A stretch of DNA of 64,000 nt from the NCBI RefSeq assembly GCF_018350175.1, contig NC_058368.1, positions 104,286,001 through 104,350,000 of the forward strand, written 5' to 3'. The position numbers and the translations under genes are program-made. Within the stretch, counting starts at the first letter, position 1. Each line of letters begins with the position of its first letter. Shown in pieces: positions 12,880 through 25,680 of this stretch. Origin of the DNA: Felis catus. Lineage: Eukaryota. The notes beneath the pieces are model-generated. The model was not told where the DNA came from, did not search any database, and was given only the letters and a program-made list of their open reading frames with translations.

Positions 12880-13093
12880 TTTTTTTTTTGAAGTTTATTT
12901 ACTTAGAGAGAGGGAGAGAAAAAGAGCGTGTACGCATGTGAGTGGCAGAGGGAGGGAGACAGAGAATCCCAAACAGGCTCTGCGCTGTCAGCACGGAGCC
13001 CGACATGGGCTCGAGCTCGCAAACTATGAAGTCATGACCTGAGCTGAAACCAAGAGTCAGACGCTTAACTGACTGAACCACCTAGGTGCCCCC
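12880..13093 (-). mobile_element. Can-SINE
   Basis: TSD agaatcacttttt. Confidence 0.92.
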
Positions 13094-14029
13094 AGAATCA
13101 CTTTTTTAAACATAATTTAGCGAGGGTAACGTGGTTTTTACATACATAGTGTTTACATTTCTAGATTTGCAGAGAGATGGGCTTTTTGTGTCACTCTGTA
13201 TTTTGAGTTCTAAGTGGTTCACTGACCGTTGGCTGTGCTCTGAAACATCACATCTTTAATAGTTACTAAATGTCATTAGCATACTTTCTATAGAAGTAGC
13301 ATCATTGAGCAAACACAAAATTTCTTTTTTTCTTAGTAGATTTTGTAAATTGTTAACTTTGATAAAGATGTGAAAATGGTTCATATTTTCGTTCTTGAAG
13401 GATAGAGAAGTAACTTTTACCAATTTCTTTTAAAAATACTAAACACATATTTTTAAATTTATGATTGATACACATTTAGTGTTTAAGATCAGAGGCTCAA
13501 ACTAGTTAGGACTTTTCTTTTAAAAAGTGTCCTAGAGCTTGATACCACATTGGGAAAATATGAGATGCTAATTTTGTAATAATGGGTAAAAAATGGAAAC
13601 AAATATTCTAACCACACTATCTTTTCTTCTCATTAGTCATTACTATAGTGAGAGAAAATTGTTCAGTCCTCTTACATGTCTTTTGGAGGTTGCATAATGT
13701 GGTGGAGAGAATCTGACATTTTAATTCAGAAGATTTCAGAATTGAGTGTGCTCTCTGTCTCTGTAAAGTAATGTGAAACCATTATGCCAATCATAGGCTT
13801 TTTCCATTAGATATAGTTCCTCAGGGACCAAATAGATAAATATACTATAGGTCTAGTGGAGCTCAATTATCATATAAAATAATGTGATTTTTTTTTTTTT
13901 TTTAAGTAGCTAGCCTTAAATATGATAAGAAGCTCTTTGGAACATGGTAGTGATAAGTAATCTTCCTGTAAAATTGTACTAGACAATAGCAAAGATTAAT
14001 TTAAAGCTCTAGAACACAAAGAAAGAAGT

Positions 14030-14548
14030 ACTTAATTTAAAATTTTCTTGTAGCCACATCAAAGTAAAAAAGATGTGAAATTAACTTCAGTGTTATATTT
14101 TATATAATCCACTATATCCAGAATACTATTCTTTCAACATGTGATCAGTATAAAAAATTATTAAGTCAGATATTTTACCTTTTTTTTTTAGAATTTATTT
14201 TTTTATTTTTTATTGTTTTTTAACGTTTATTTATTTTTGAGACAGAGAGAGACAGAGCATGAACCGGGGAGGGGCAGAGAGAGAGAGGGAGACACAGAAT
14301 CTGAAATAGGCTCCAGGCTCTGAGCTGTCAGCACAGAGGTCTGACGCAGGGCTCGAACTCACGGACTGCGAGATCATGACCTGAGCTGAAGTCGGACGCT
14401 CAACCGACTGAGCCACCCAGGCGCCCCTACCTTTTTTTTTTTTTAAACTATGTGTTCAAACTTACAGCTGTCCTCACAGTACATCTCCATTTTGACCAGC
14501 CACATTTCAAATGTTCAGAAACCACATATGGCTAGCACATGGAACAGG
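14030..14548. mobile_element. MER3/MER33-like hAT-Charlie DNA transposon relic, interrupted by a SINE
   Basis: aatttaaaattttcttgtagccacat... and ccagccacatttcaaatgttcagaaaccacatatggctag. Confidence 0.6.
14180..14427 (-). mobile_element. Can-SINE
   Basis: Full body; TSD tacctttttttt. Confidence 0.94.
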
Positions 14549-14566
14549 ATGACTCTGGGATGTTTA

Positions 14567-14780
14567 ATTTTTTTTTTTTTAACTTTTATTTATTATTGAG
14601 AGGCAGAGACAGAACATAAGCATGGGGGGGACAGAGAACGGGAGAGACACAGAATCTGAAGCAGGATCCAGGTTCTGAGCTGTCAGCACAGAGCCCAACA
14701 CGGGGCTCGAACTCACAAGCCATGAGATCATGACCTGAGCTGAAGTCGGACACCTGACTGACTGAGCCACCCAAGCACCC
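14567..14780 (-). mobile_element. Can-SINE
   Basis: Degenerate TSD gactctgggatgttt / gactctgggacattt. Confidence 0.92.
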
Positions 14781-15208
14781 TAGACTCTGGGACATTTTAG
14801 ATGTAGATTAAATTACCCAGTAAGGTTACTGACATTTTGTGATTATTAACAACACTAAACCAACTATATGATTCCATATGGACTAGTGAAAATGTCTTGC
14901 TTGAATCGAGGAAAACATTAACATTCCACAAACCTGACAGCCTAGTTCCAGTTCATTTTTTGTTTTACCCCAGTAAATGCTCCTTGTCAGTTTCCAGCTA
15001 TAATGCTGACGAAAGATCTTGAAGCTTCAGGTGAGCATCTACAGAGGATGGGCTCCCTCGTAGTTAGTAATTCATAGATTTTCCTCCCCATTTAAAAAGA
15101 TGTCTGCCTGTATGATCTCCAGTCTTCATTTTGCCATCATGTAGCCATTTATATTGTAAAATAATTTATGGGGTGTAAGACTTTCCTTTATATTTTCATA
15201 CACTCTTT

Positions 15209-15471
15209 TTTTTCTTTTTTTAAACAATAGATGCATTTTATTTTATTTATTTATTTATTTATTTATTTCAACATTTATTTAGTTTTGGGACAGAGAGAGA
15301 CAGAGCATGAACGGGGGAGGGGCAGAGAGAGAGGGAGACACAGAATCGGAAACAGGCTCCAGGCTCTGAGCCATCAGCCCAGAGTCTGACGCGGGGCTCG
15401 AACTCACAGACCGCAAGATCATGACCTGGCTGAAGTCAGACGCTTAACCGACTGTGCCACCCAGGCGCCCC
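15209..15471 (-). mobile_element. SINEC_Fc-type SINE with composite tail
   Basis: TSD tattttcata(c/t)actcttt (15191-15208 / 15474-15491). Confidence 0.94.
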
Positions 15472-16383
15472 TCTATTTTCATATACTCTTTCAGAAGCAT
15501 CAAGATTGGTGGTCGTGTCCCTACAGATGGAGGTTGTGGAGCTGGAGTGATTTGTCCCTGGCTCAGAGCCAGAGTTTTTGACTCACATTTTCTCCACTCT
15601 ACCAATACTCTTTTGCCTATAAAATACATTAAAAATATGGCAGAATTTCCATGCTTATTAGGAGGGAAATGTAATTTTTTTGGTTTTGCCTATTTCAGTA
15701 GCATTCCTGTTTATCAGTGAGTAATGGGTGATTTGTTCCTTTCCTGTTTTCTTTTCGGAGTTCAGTATCAGACACTCCTGACGTATTGTGACAGAGCCCC
15801 TAGTTGGAGACCTACTAGTTTATATTAGAATATTCTAGGTGGGCTCTCTGCTGCAGAAGTTTTGAGAGAAGTTAGCGGTATCTCTTAACTTCCTGCTCTA
15901 GGCAGCTGGAGGCTACTATTGGAGCTGGTCAGAGGGCTCCACCCCGGAAGAATGGCCCATAAAACCCATAGAGTAACAGTAGCGACAGTGAGAGCTGAGC
16001 TTTGCCGAGTGAGCCAGCCCCTCTGTGCGGGTAGAGTAATCCCATGCGTTCCAGGTTTCACTTCTGTCATTTCATGCCTAATGAGAGTAAGGTCACTTGC
16101 ACACATTCAGCTGACATGTTGAGGGGTAGGAGGTGAATATGGACAACGTCCCCTCAGATCCCTGTGCATCACCATTCACATTTATCGGTTGGGGAAGCCG
16201 AGGCCTAGAAAGGTTCTCCTGGATGCACAGCTAGTCATACAGCAGGTCTCTGAACCTGGGACTCAGTTCTGAGAGTTAGAATCCGTTCTCTTATAAAGTA
16301 TCCAAGTCTCTTGGTTATTTTGCTGTCGTTGGGATGTGGGAGAGCTGGGATCTGGATCGACTCATGTCCTTTCTCTTTTCTAG

Positions 16384-16545
<162 letters not shown>

Positions 16546-16689
16546 TGAAAGTTCATTGTGCAAGACGATTTCTCTTCAGAAATCACATTGAAATGGGAAG
16601 TAGTTGATTGCTTACACCAGACCAAGGCCGCTCAGTAAATCCAAGTGAAGCTGACTTCAGATTTTAGGAGTGAAGTAGGAATGTATTGT

Positions 16690-16900
16690 GGACTCTGAAC
16701 ATACAGGACAGTAGTTCTGTCTCCACTGCCACTGGCTTTGTGACTTTCGGCAAGTTCCTTTACTTTAGTCTTCTCATTTTACAGTGGAGATGATAAAGAC
16801 AAGTAATATAATTGTGATGGTATTAATAGGAGGAATACAATATAAATGAGATAATCGTTGGGAAATGCTTGCAACAGCATCTGGCCTCTGGTGACTGCTT
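16690..16900 (+). mobile_element. MIR relic
   Basis: ctgccactggctttgtgactttcggcaagttcctttac...tctcattttacagtggagatgataa. Confidence 0.6.
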
Positions 16901-19514
16901 ATGTTTTCACCTTGTTGCTAGCTCAGAGTGTTTGTGAAACTGTGAGTTTGAAGACTGTGGAGTGTACATCTGCTTGATATTTCTATTTTTAACATGTCTG
17001 TCCTAGATTCTTATCAAAGAACCTTACCTACCCGTGCTGTCAGGTAAAGACACCCCTACCATATGTGCACGTGCACTCCCACTCAAGAAGTGGGAGTCTG
17101 CGGAGGAAGGAGCGGTTGCAGGCCAACTCGCAGCAGCCCCTTAGGGCTTCCTTCTCCGCCGCTGTAATGCCGAGTGCAGACCTCTCACCTGTACGGGGCT
17201 TGTCTGGTTGGCCTGTCTCATTACAGTAATCAGCACAGCACATTGAGGGTGAGGACCTACGGTGAATTTTCTTGGCACATATTTCAGTAAGAATTTACTG
17301 GATAAAAAAATTTTAATTAAACGTGGGCCTTCCCTTGAGTTCAGAGAAATAAAGTAACACGTTTGCAATGTGGGTGTGGGGTGTTTGCATCAGGAGCCCC
17401 GTGCCGTGCCACCTTCCTGTCTGTCTCTCACTGCACACATGCGCTGGTGTTGGGACCGCTTTTCACATGAATTCACGGTCTGCTGGATGAAGAGTGCCCT
17501 TGATCTCAGACTGAGTGGTTCTGATTCACCGTAGACCTCAGTACGGTCGTATGAGATTTCAGGGCACGCGTGAAGATTTCCCCTCCAGGTCCTTGGCTAG
17601 CCTCTCCGGTGGGGGCGTAGTTGACACTTGCTGTTGCTTACTCCATCTTCAAGGTGTTGGATCTTCTCCGCAGGAGAAAGAAGAGGCTTCTTGCCATCAG
17701 CACTTTGGAAACTTTCCCAGGGTCGCTGGGGCCGCCACCCAAGTGCTGCATTCCCCCGACACCTGATGTGGGCAGCACACTTGACACTCTCACAGTGTTG
17801 CCGAAAGTGGCGATTTGCTCAGGTTGAAAAGCACCGTTAGAAGGGGCCCTGGCAGATGAGATGGGCTTTTGTGAACCATGGAAATCCAGTCATCACCTGT
17901 GTACCATTTGTGAAAGCCTATCTAGTTAGAAGTGGTCTTATGGGAAGGTATTTGGAATGTAGCAGTTTAAAGCCCACAAGATAGAGTGACATGTGAACAA
18001 AGCAGATCCCGTGACTGGGGTCAGGCTTGAAGGTGGTATTACAGTGACGTTTCGATAAAGCTGACTGAAGCTTTGGTTTCTCTGAACTTAAACCATTGAA
18101 TATTAGATTATTTGCTTGGTCGGTTTTGTTCTTTTAACAGACTTCTGTCTTCTGCTTGCTAGGCTGTATTTAAAGTGACTTTTGTCAAATGAGGAAAATA
18201 GGATGAATACAGTTTCTATTTTTGCGGTTGCCAGCCAAGTAAATTTGGTATTTAGTCGTTAATTCTGAAACCGTGTTTATTAGTAAATTCCAGACCATAT
18301 TTGCAACAATCCATAATCACTACCATAAAGACCATTTTTCTGTAAGTTTGTAGGTAATTGGCATAAGTCAGTTTATTTTTTTACATATATTTTCTTCTTG
18401 CCTGAGGCATTGGAAATGTCAGAAAACCCACTTAAACCAACCCTCCTGGGAATATCTGGGCTCACACACCCAGAAATCCAGCAGTAGTGGACTTGATCCA
18501 GGAGTTCACTCACTGTCACCAAGGATCTTCTTTGTCTGTTTGCTGAGCGTCTCTGTGGTTGATGTGGGATGGGTGCTGGAGTTCCTGGAAGTGCATCATT
18601 CCAGGTTGGCTTTTTGTGGGAAAGAGCCTCTTTCCCTGTGACATTCCCATCTTGGGCTTTACTCTCCTCGTACCAGCATGGCTCACAGGCTCCCTTCTAA
18701 CCCGGTTCCTGGAGTCAGGAGGACAGAGCTTGAGTATTCTCTCTCTAGCAGCTTGATCCCCTCTGCTCCTTGTGACTCATTTGTCCCATCTCCACAGGAG
18801 AGATGGGTACCCAGGTGAAACTGGGGACTCTCACTGAGAAAGGAGGGAGGAGGTGCTAGATGATTAAAAACACCCAAGTGTTGACATGCTAAAATGTTCT
18901 TCTGTGAGGGAAATAAGAAATAAAAGTCTCTACCTTCTGGAATATAGTCCTAACTGAAGCTTTTATATATGTGAATGATTGCTTGTCTGTACAGAGATAC
19001 CATAGTTTAACAGCTCCTCCATCGAAAAACAGCCCTGTAACATTTGCTGATTTCTGTGCTGTGGATATCCCATACTGTCACTGTGGTGTTTCCAGCATAT
19101 CCGCATGTCATGACTGAGCACAGTTGGCAGAGGTGAGCGCATCAGCTGGTACTGGCTGGCTTCAGTGCATGCCTGAATAGTGTACCTTTGTGCGTGCAAG
19201 GCTTAACAGGGACAGACTCCTAATACGTTTTACAGAGAGGCCATTTATATGTGTCTTTCAGGGCACTTGATAGGGTTGGATGAGAGGAACTTTTTGGATA
19301 AAGACACTTATTAGCGCCTTGACTAATAATTTCCTGGGCCCAACCCTTCCAACGATTTTTGGTTCTAAATGTGTTTTATGATTTTTCTATCAATTTTTAG
19401 ACATTATTTAGTACACTGATTTTCTATACAGGCCTTCTGCATTGGATTATTTGGTTTTTAAATGTCATCACATGAAAGGTGCTTAACAGCAGGCTTATAT
19501 TAAAAATAACTAAA

Positions 19515-20200
19515 GGGGCACCTGGGTGTCTCAGTTGGTTAAGCGTCCAACTTCAACTCAGGTCATGATCTCACAATTCGTGGGGTTGAGCCCTGTGTCA
19601 GTGACAGCTCAGAGCCTTGGAGCCTGCTTTGGATTCTGTGTCTCCCTCTCTCTGTCCCTCCCCTGCTCATGCTCTGTCTCTCTCTCTCAAAAATAAATAA
19701 TAAAACATTAAAAAAAAAAAAGTAGTTCACGTGAGGGGCACCTGGGTGGCTCAGTTAAGTGTCTAGCTCTTGATTTCCGCTCAGGTCATGATCTCATGGG
19801 TTCGTGAGATTGAGCCCCGCATTGAGCTCTGTGCCGAGAGTGCAGAGCCTGGTTAGGATTCTGTCTCTCCCTCTCTCTCGGCCCCTCTCCCACATGTGCT
19901 CATGCCCATCCTCTCTCATTCTCTCCCTAAAAATAAACATTTTTAAAAAGTAGTTCAGGGGCGCCTGGGTGGCTCAGTCGGTTAAGCGTCCAACTTCGGC
20001 TCATGTCATGATCTCACAGTTCGTGGGTTCGAGCCCTGCATCAGGCTCTGTGCTGACAACTCAGAGCCTGGAGCCTGTTTCATATTCTGTGTCTCCCTCT
20101 CTCTCTCTGACCCACCCCTGTTCATGCTCTGTCTCTCTCTGTCTCAAAAATCAGTAAATGTTAAAAAAAATTTTTTTTAAATAAAAAAAATAAAAATAAA
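19515..20200 (+). mobile_element. Three tandem Can-SINEs (heads at 19515, 19735, 19958)
   Basis: Three heads and tails; aaaagtagttca recurs at the junctions. Confidence 0.93.
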
Positions 20201-21635
20201 AAGTAGTTCAGGTGAATTAACTTATAATTAACTTAGTTGGGCAAGTTCCTGCTTACGGAGTTTCACATTTGAGGAAAATAACGTCACATGCTTTAAGAAT
20301 GTTTGCAAGATGAGGTGTATATGTTTGTCACGTGCTGCCTGAGCTGGAATGTGAGAATTCTGTAGCAGGGTTTCTTTGACTTTTCTTGCCTCGTTTTAGG
20401 ATGAATTGTGGAAGGCTGGGTACTCTGAGCACTTTTTGAGAATTCTTCTTCTATTTTGTATGCCGCCATCCCCCAATTGATACCTGACTTCAAAGAATTA
20501 TAATTGATGTAAGGCTCACATGCTTTTTTGTTAGTGCTGATTTGGTCAGAGCACGCTAATGTTTGTGAAGTGGCTGTTCGTGTACCTGAGCACTGACTGA
20601 CCTCACAGAGTTGAAGTTTCCAGCTGAGACTCTCACTCTCTGTCTTCCTTGGCCGTGTAACGTAATCAAAATTCCCCACAAAACACTAGTGTACTACCTT
20701 GCTTCATTTATGAGATATATCCCTGGACATAAATTTAAAGTTGAACTCTGATTTGTAAGACAACCTTCTTTGGTTTTCTTTCTCTGCTATTTTAAACGAG
20801 CTGGTTGTGTGTTAAATTCCAGATAAGCTTTTACTGACGGAATTTTAGCATCTTTGTCTGTGGAGTTATCCTTCTTGAGTGACCTTAGGACTTGGTACAG
20901 AATAAAATGAGATGCTCTGCAGCAGGCTGTAGGACACTCATTTACTTGCTGCCAGATCGTCAGGTCAGCCTCTTGCTTACACACACATACTGCTGTGCTG
21001 TGCAAGTCAGCGTTCTCCACAGGAGAGGCATCTGTACTGGTGCCTTTCAGGAGAAAATGGAAACGGTGAATGATGAAACTATTTTCTGTGCAGAATACAT
21101 TGGAGCTTCACTGGTGTGTTATTAGTAAATGGCGCTCATCTGTCTTGGTTCCATTTCCTGAGAGGAAAGTTGTTGAAGGTGGACTGTTGCCACCGTGTTG
21201 CCTGCGATCACAGCATTTGGCCTTCAGCTTCATTTAATTCAGAGTTTCTTCAGTGCCTTCTTTTTGTGAGGAGCCAGGACCTTGAAGCTGCATTCAGGTT
21301 GAGTGTTACAAAGAGTCTCGTGTGCCAGATTGTTCACAGAGTTCTTAGTAAGCGAATGGGATCAGAAGCATTGGAATCTTTGCAGCCGGTATTTCAAATT
21401 GGATACCGGTAGCTCCTCTGTGGGGAATATTGAAAATCTAACAACTGCTACTAGTCGTGTAAAATATCCTGTTCACTAGCTAAAGCTATTGATGAAGCAC
21501 TTTCTTCTTTTTTAGAAAATAATCCCTGATGCAGGAAAGGTGCTGTTTCTAAAAGTTAAGCAAAGATAAGTTCCCTCTCCCCAACTGCCTTTGCGATAGT
21601 TATGACGTTGACTTAAAAGTTACTCTTGTTTTCAG

Positions 21636-21743
21636 GAGGTTGCTCAAAGAAGTACAGTCTTTAAAACAACCATACCTGAAGAAGAGGAGGAGGAGGAAGC
21701 GGCACCTGAAGTGGTTGTTGAGGAAGAGATTTTCCACCAGCAG
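21636..21743 (+). CDS. LMNB1: Lamin B1 exon 10 equivalent, acidic tail
   Basis: tttcag|GAG...CAG|gtatca; 108 bp; [36 protein letters not shown]. Confidence 0.97.
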
Positions 21744-22195
21744 GTATCACTTTAATATATTTATTTAAAATTTTATTGAAAGAATTACACAGAAACCAAA
21801 ATCAGCAGTGGATTTGGTCTTTTTCCCTATTACTTGAACCAGATGAGTGATTTGCCTCCTGGGGTTTGTTTTTCCCGAGGGGACATTCAAGATAGTACAT
21901 TAGACAGTGTTAGAAGAAAATGATAGCACTTCTTTAAAACAATTTTTTTCTCCTTATATCCAATTTCAGTTTTTATCATATTTCATAATGTACATAATAT
22001 GCAGGACATGTTGTGTATCACTTATAAATAAATATATATGGGTTGGAATGCATGCTCAAAATTATTTACTGGAGAGTTCTGTGATAGAGGTTTATTTTAG
22101 ATCACTAATTAGAGTATCTGCATATAAACTTAAAAAAGCCAGAGTAATATTCTACTGCAGTGGGAAACAAAAATTCTTGCTATATTAAATTCCAA

Positions 22196-22224
22196 GGGGC
22201 GCCTGGATGGCTCAGTCGGTTAAA
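22196..22224 (+). mobile_element. Tailless 29-nt Can-SINE/tRNA head
   Basis: ggggcgcctggatggctcagtcggttaaa between perfect 16-bp repeats ctatattaaattccaa. Confidence 0.88.
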
Positions 22225-22904
22225 CTATATTAAATTCCAAATCATCTAATTATAAGATAGATTTTAGCTGATGCTTGGGCTTTTGAGAGCCCTTGAAATA
22301 AACTCCAAATTTGATTTTAATTAATTAAATTGGAATTATTAATAAGTAATAAGCCTTCAGTTTATAGTCTCAAGCTGTTTGAGTCAGGTGATTAATCAAA
22401 ATTCCTACCCTTATCCTTATAAGACTTTGTTTCTATGTTTCCAGCTTTATAAGTCGGTTCATTTTGCTTCATTGGCCCCAGTCCTACTCCGAATAAACAT
22501 TCTCTTAGGTGGTTAACCCCCAGGGTTGAGAACCACGTGATGGGGGTTGTATGAGGTAGAACGAACTTTGGGATACTTCCTAATACATTTTGGAGGACTG
22601 TTCAAGAACAGCTACTTTAGCCTTAACTTTCACAAGAAACCAGGACAAGATCCATTTCCTGCCCCCAGTGGGAAGCATTATAATGAGTGGAAGTAAAATA
22701 ACAATGTAAGAGATCTCTCAAGGTGGCAGAGAAGTGGCTCAGAGTATGATTTGTAGCAGGTCGGATGCTGGAGAAGACTGTCTAGGCCACCAGAATTGTT
22801 GAGAAGATCCCTGGGAAATATGCTTATCCAGTAATTTGAAAGTTGGGCAGTTATTTGGGTATCAGAAGACCCAAATACACCCAAATAAACCCACAGTGGT
22901 GTTT

Positions 22905-23575
22905 GCATTACCTGTTGGCTGCATTAACATACACCCCAAAACATAAGTGACTTAGAACAAGTGTTTCTTACTTGCCTTGATTCTGTGGTTTGACTGGGCT
23001 CAGCTGGGCAAGTCTTTTGCTCCATGTGATGGAGAGAAAGTTAATGACACAGTTGTATTCAGCTGGGATCTTGGCTGGGGCTGGAATGTTCTCCTTGTTT
23101 CTCTCCATGTTGCTTTATCTTTTTTTTTTTTTTTTTTTTAAGTATTTATTTATTTTGGGAGAGACTGAGATAATGTGAGTTGGGGAGGGGCAGAGAGAGC
23201 GGGAGACAGAATCCCAAGCAGACTCCACATTGTCAGCACAGAGCCTGATGCGGGGCTTAAACCCACGAAACCGTGAGATCATGCATGACCTGAGCTGAAA
23301 CCAAGAGTCGGACACTTAACAAACTGAGCCACCCAGGCGCCCCCACGTTGTTTTATCTTTTGGTAGTTTAGCTGAACTCTTGTTTATAACATGGCAGCTG
23401 GCTTCCATAAGGGGGAGAAAGAGAGCACCAGATCTCTTAAAGGCTAGGCCCATATTCTCTTAGACAAAGTGAGTCTGTAGGCCATCTTCAGCCGTAGGCA
23501 AGGGCAAATAGTCCTCAGCTCTGATGGGGAGGAGTGAGGCAGAGAACCTGCGGTGATCTTCTGTTCACCACAAAG
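22905..23575 (-). mobile_element. MLT-type (MaLR) LTR relic containing a Can-SINE at 23120-23344 (-)
   Basis: ggctgcattaacatacaccccaaaacataagtgacttagaacaa...gattctgtggtttgactgggctcagctggg; the SINE has TSD ca(t/c)gttg(c/t)tttatcttt. Confidence 0.6.
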
Positions 23576-24247
23576 GACGTGTCAGGATGTCAGTGTTAGG
23601 TGTATCTGTCCAGTTGTATCGTAGGATACACGTCATACGTAGATGAAATGGGAAGCTTTGGTGGTAAGTGTGCAGTCTGGGCTGCCTGGGCAGAGAGCTT
23701 CTGCACACGTTGGAGCCAAGCAGATGCTAATACTAATCTGCAGTTGACTCCAGAAGGGAGATTAGAGAGACACTGAGGGACTGTGAATGGAGGTTCATTA
23801 AGACCTAGTGACTGAACTTGAGAGGGGAGAGAAGGAGAAGAAGGCAGATGGGTGAGGCGTTTAGCTTTGGTGATCAGAGTAGATAATGATGTCAAGTTTT
23901 AAAAGAGGGAAGATGGAAGGGTAGATATTTTAAATTCTCATTAGAGAATGGGTCCAGTGGCCTTTCGAATTGATAAGGTTTTTTTGGTGGCCTTCAAGAA
24001 ACCAATTTCAGCCAAGTCTGGTGGTGAGTGACAGGTCCGACTGTGTGGTTTTAAGGAATTAGTGCGTGGTGAAAGACAAGAACAGAGAGAGCCATGTTGA
24101 CTTCACGTCTGAGGATGATGCCGGAGCCTGTGCTTTGGGATGTGCAAGCAGAGGACCCAGCCAGCTGGGCTCCATGATGTGGTTGTTCACAATGGAGCCT
24201 GCTGACCTCCTGTTTCCGGTTAGAAAAGAAGGTTCTTTATTGAATAG

Positions 24248-24420
24248 TGACTTTCAGCCTTAGCTGCATATCATTAATTACTTAGGGAATTTTAAAATTA
24301 TATATAAATAGATATACTTCCCCACTTAAATGAGAAATTCTTATCTAGAGACCCAGATCAGAATTTTTTTTTTTGAAGCTCTTCAGGATCTGAATGTGCA
24401 GCTGGAGTTTAGTGTCACTG
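24248..24420. mobile_element. MER5-like hAT relic
   Basis: ttagctgcatatcattaattacttagggaattt...aagctcttcaggatctgaatgtgcagctggagtttagtgtcactg. Confidence 0.5.
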
Positions 24421-24586
24421 TTGTGGAGTTTGTTGGAAGAAGTTTATAAGAGGAGGTTAAAAATGAGAAAATGATAAAGTTTCATTTGAAGTTAGGTAAT
24501 ACGGTTTTGTGCCATCTCTGCCTTATTTTAAAGTGCTGTCCTCCATTTTCTTAGCACTGATTTTTCTTTCTGCTTTTCCTCGTCAG

Positions 24587-24628
24587 GGAACCCCAAGAGC
24601 ATCCAATAGAAGCTGTGCAATTATGTAA
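24587..24628 (+). CDS. LMNB1: Lamin B1 terminal coding exon with CaaX farnesylation box
   Basis: cgtcag|GGA...ATG TAA; GTPRASNRSCAIM*; CAIM is the CaaX motif. Confidence 0.98.
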   Translation, partial: GTPRASNRSCAIM

Positions 24629-25375
24629 ACTTCTCAAGTCAACGGTCTTCCTCAACACAAAGAAATACGGTAATCCTTACCAACATGCAGTGCAGAGCCT
24701 TCTCAGAAGCACAGAATATTTTTATATTTCCTTTATGTGAATTTTTAAGCTGCGAATCTGATGGCCTTAATTTCCTTTTTTGACACTGAAAAAGTTTTGT
24801 AAAAGAAACCATATCCATACACTTTGTTGCAAGATGTGAATTATTGACACTGAACTAACTGTGTACTGTTTGGAAAGGGTTCCTCAAATTTTTTGACATT
24901 TTTTTGTATGTGTGTTTTTTTAAGTTCTTACAAGAAGGGGACGGGAGGGTAAATAAACCACTGTGTGTCTGGGTATAATTTGAAGATTGCTCCATCTAGA
25001 TTAGCAATCTGCTCTTGATTACTCTCTGCTATATATAACGGTGCTGTGAGGGGGGGACATTTTTCAATATATCAAACTTTTGTACTGAATTTTTTTGTAA
25101 TAAACAATCAAGGCTACAAAAAATTTTTTTTAATAGAAAAGAGAAATTTTGTAAGAAGGCAATATTAACCTAATCATCATGTAAGCACTCTTGGATGAAG
25201 GATTCCACAAAACTTTGTTTTATGGTTACTTCTCTTAGATTCTTAATTCATGCGGGGATAGCGGGTGGGAGGGACGGGTTTCTCTTAAAATGCATTAGCT
25301 GTGTTTTTAAAGATAGTGTAACTTGCTTTAATTTCCTATGATACATTAACAAATAAAAGCTGTTTTAATATTAAT
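24629..25375 (+). other. LMNB1: LMNB1 3' UTR (end approximate)
   Basis: Repeat-free AU-rich sequence after the stop, ending ~20 nt after AATAAA at 25352 with a T-rich downstream tract; SINEs resume at 25483. Confidence 0.85.
25352..25357 (+). terminator. LMNB1 polyadenylation signal AATAAA
   Basis: aacAAATAAAagctgttttaatattaattggtctctttt; other AATAAA hexamers at 24952 and 25099. Confidence 0.75.
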
Positions 25376-25482
25376 TGGTCTCTTTTAACTTTAAAAACCT
25401 GATTTGGGGGGAAGAAGAGTATTGTTTTACCTGTGCTTTTCATAAAAATAATTTGGCTTCTTGTTTAACGTAGATGTTTCTT

Positions 25483-25680
25483 GGGGTGCCTGGATGGCTC
25501 AGTCGGTTGAGCATCTGACTCTTGATATCGGCTCAGGTCATGATCCCAGGGTCGTGGGACTGAGCCTCGAATTGGGCTCCATCCTGAGCGTTCTCTCTCT
25601 TTCTCTCTCTCTCTCTGCCTCTCCTCCACTCGCACTCGCTCGCTCTCAAAAAAAAAAATTAAAATAAAAAATTAAATAAA
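25483..25680 (+). mobile_element. Can-SINE just downstream of the LMNB1 3' end
   Basis: Head, CT tract, A tail. Confidence 0.92.

Noticed and set aside
17515..17840. Overlapping intronic ORFs including VAYSIFKVLDLLRRRKKRLL
   Set aside because: Short, no recognisable homology, no convincing splice context; lamin B1 is complete without them.
21633..21638. CAG/GAG tandem acceptor at LMNB1 exon 10
   Set aside because: GAG is a poor acceptor and there is no evidence of use.
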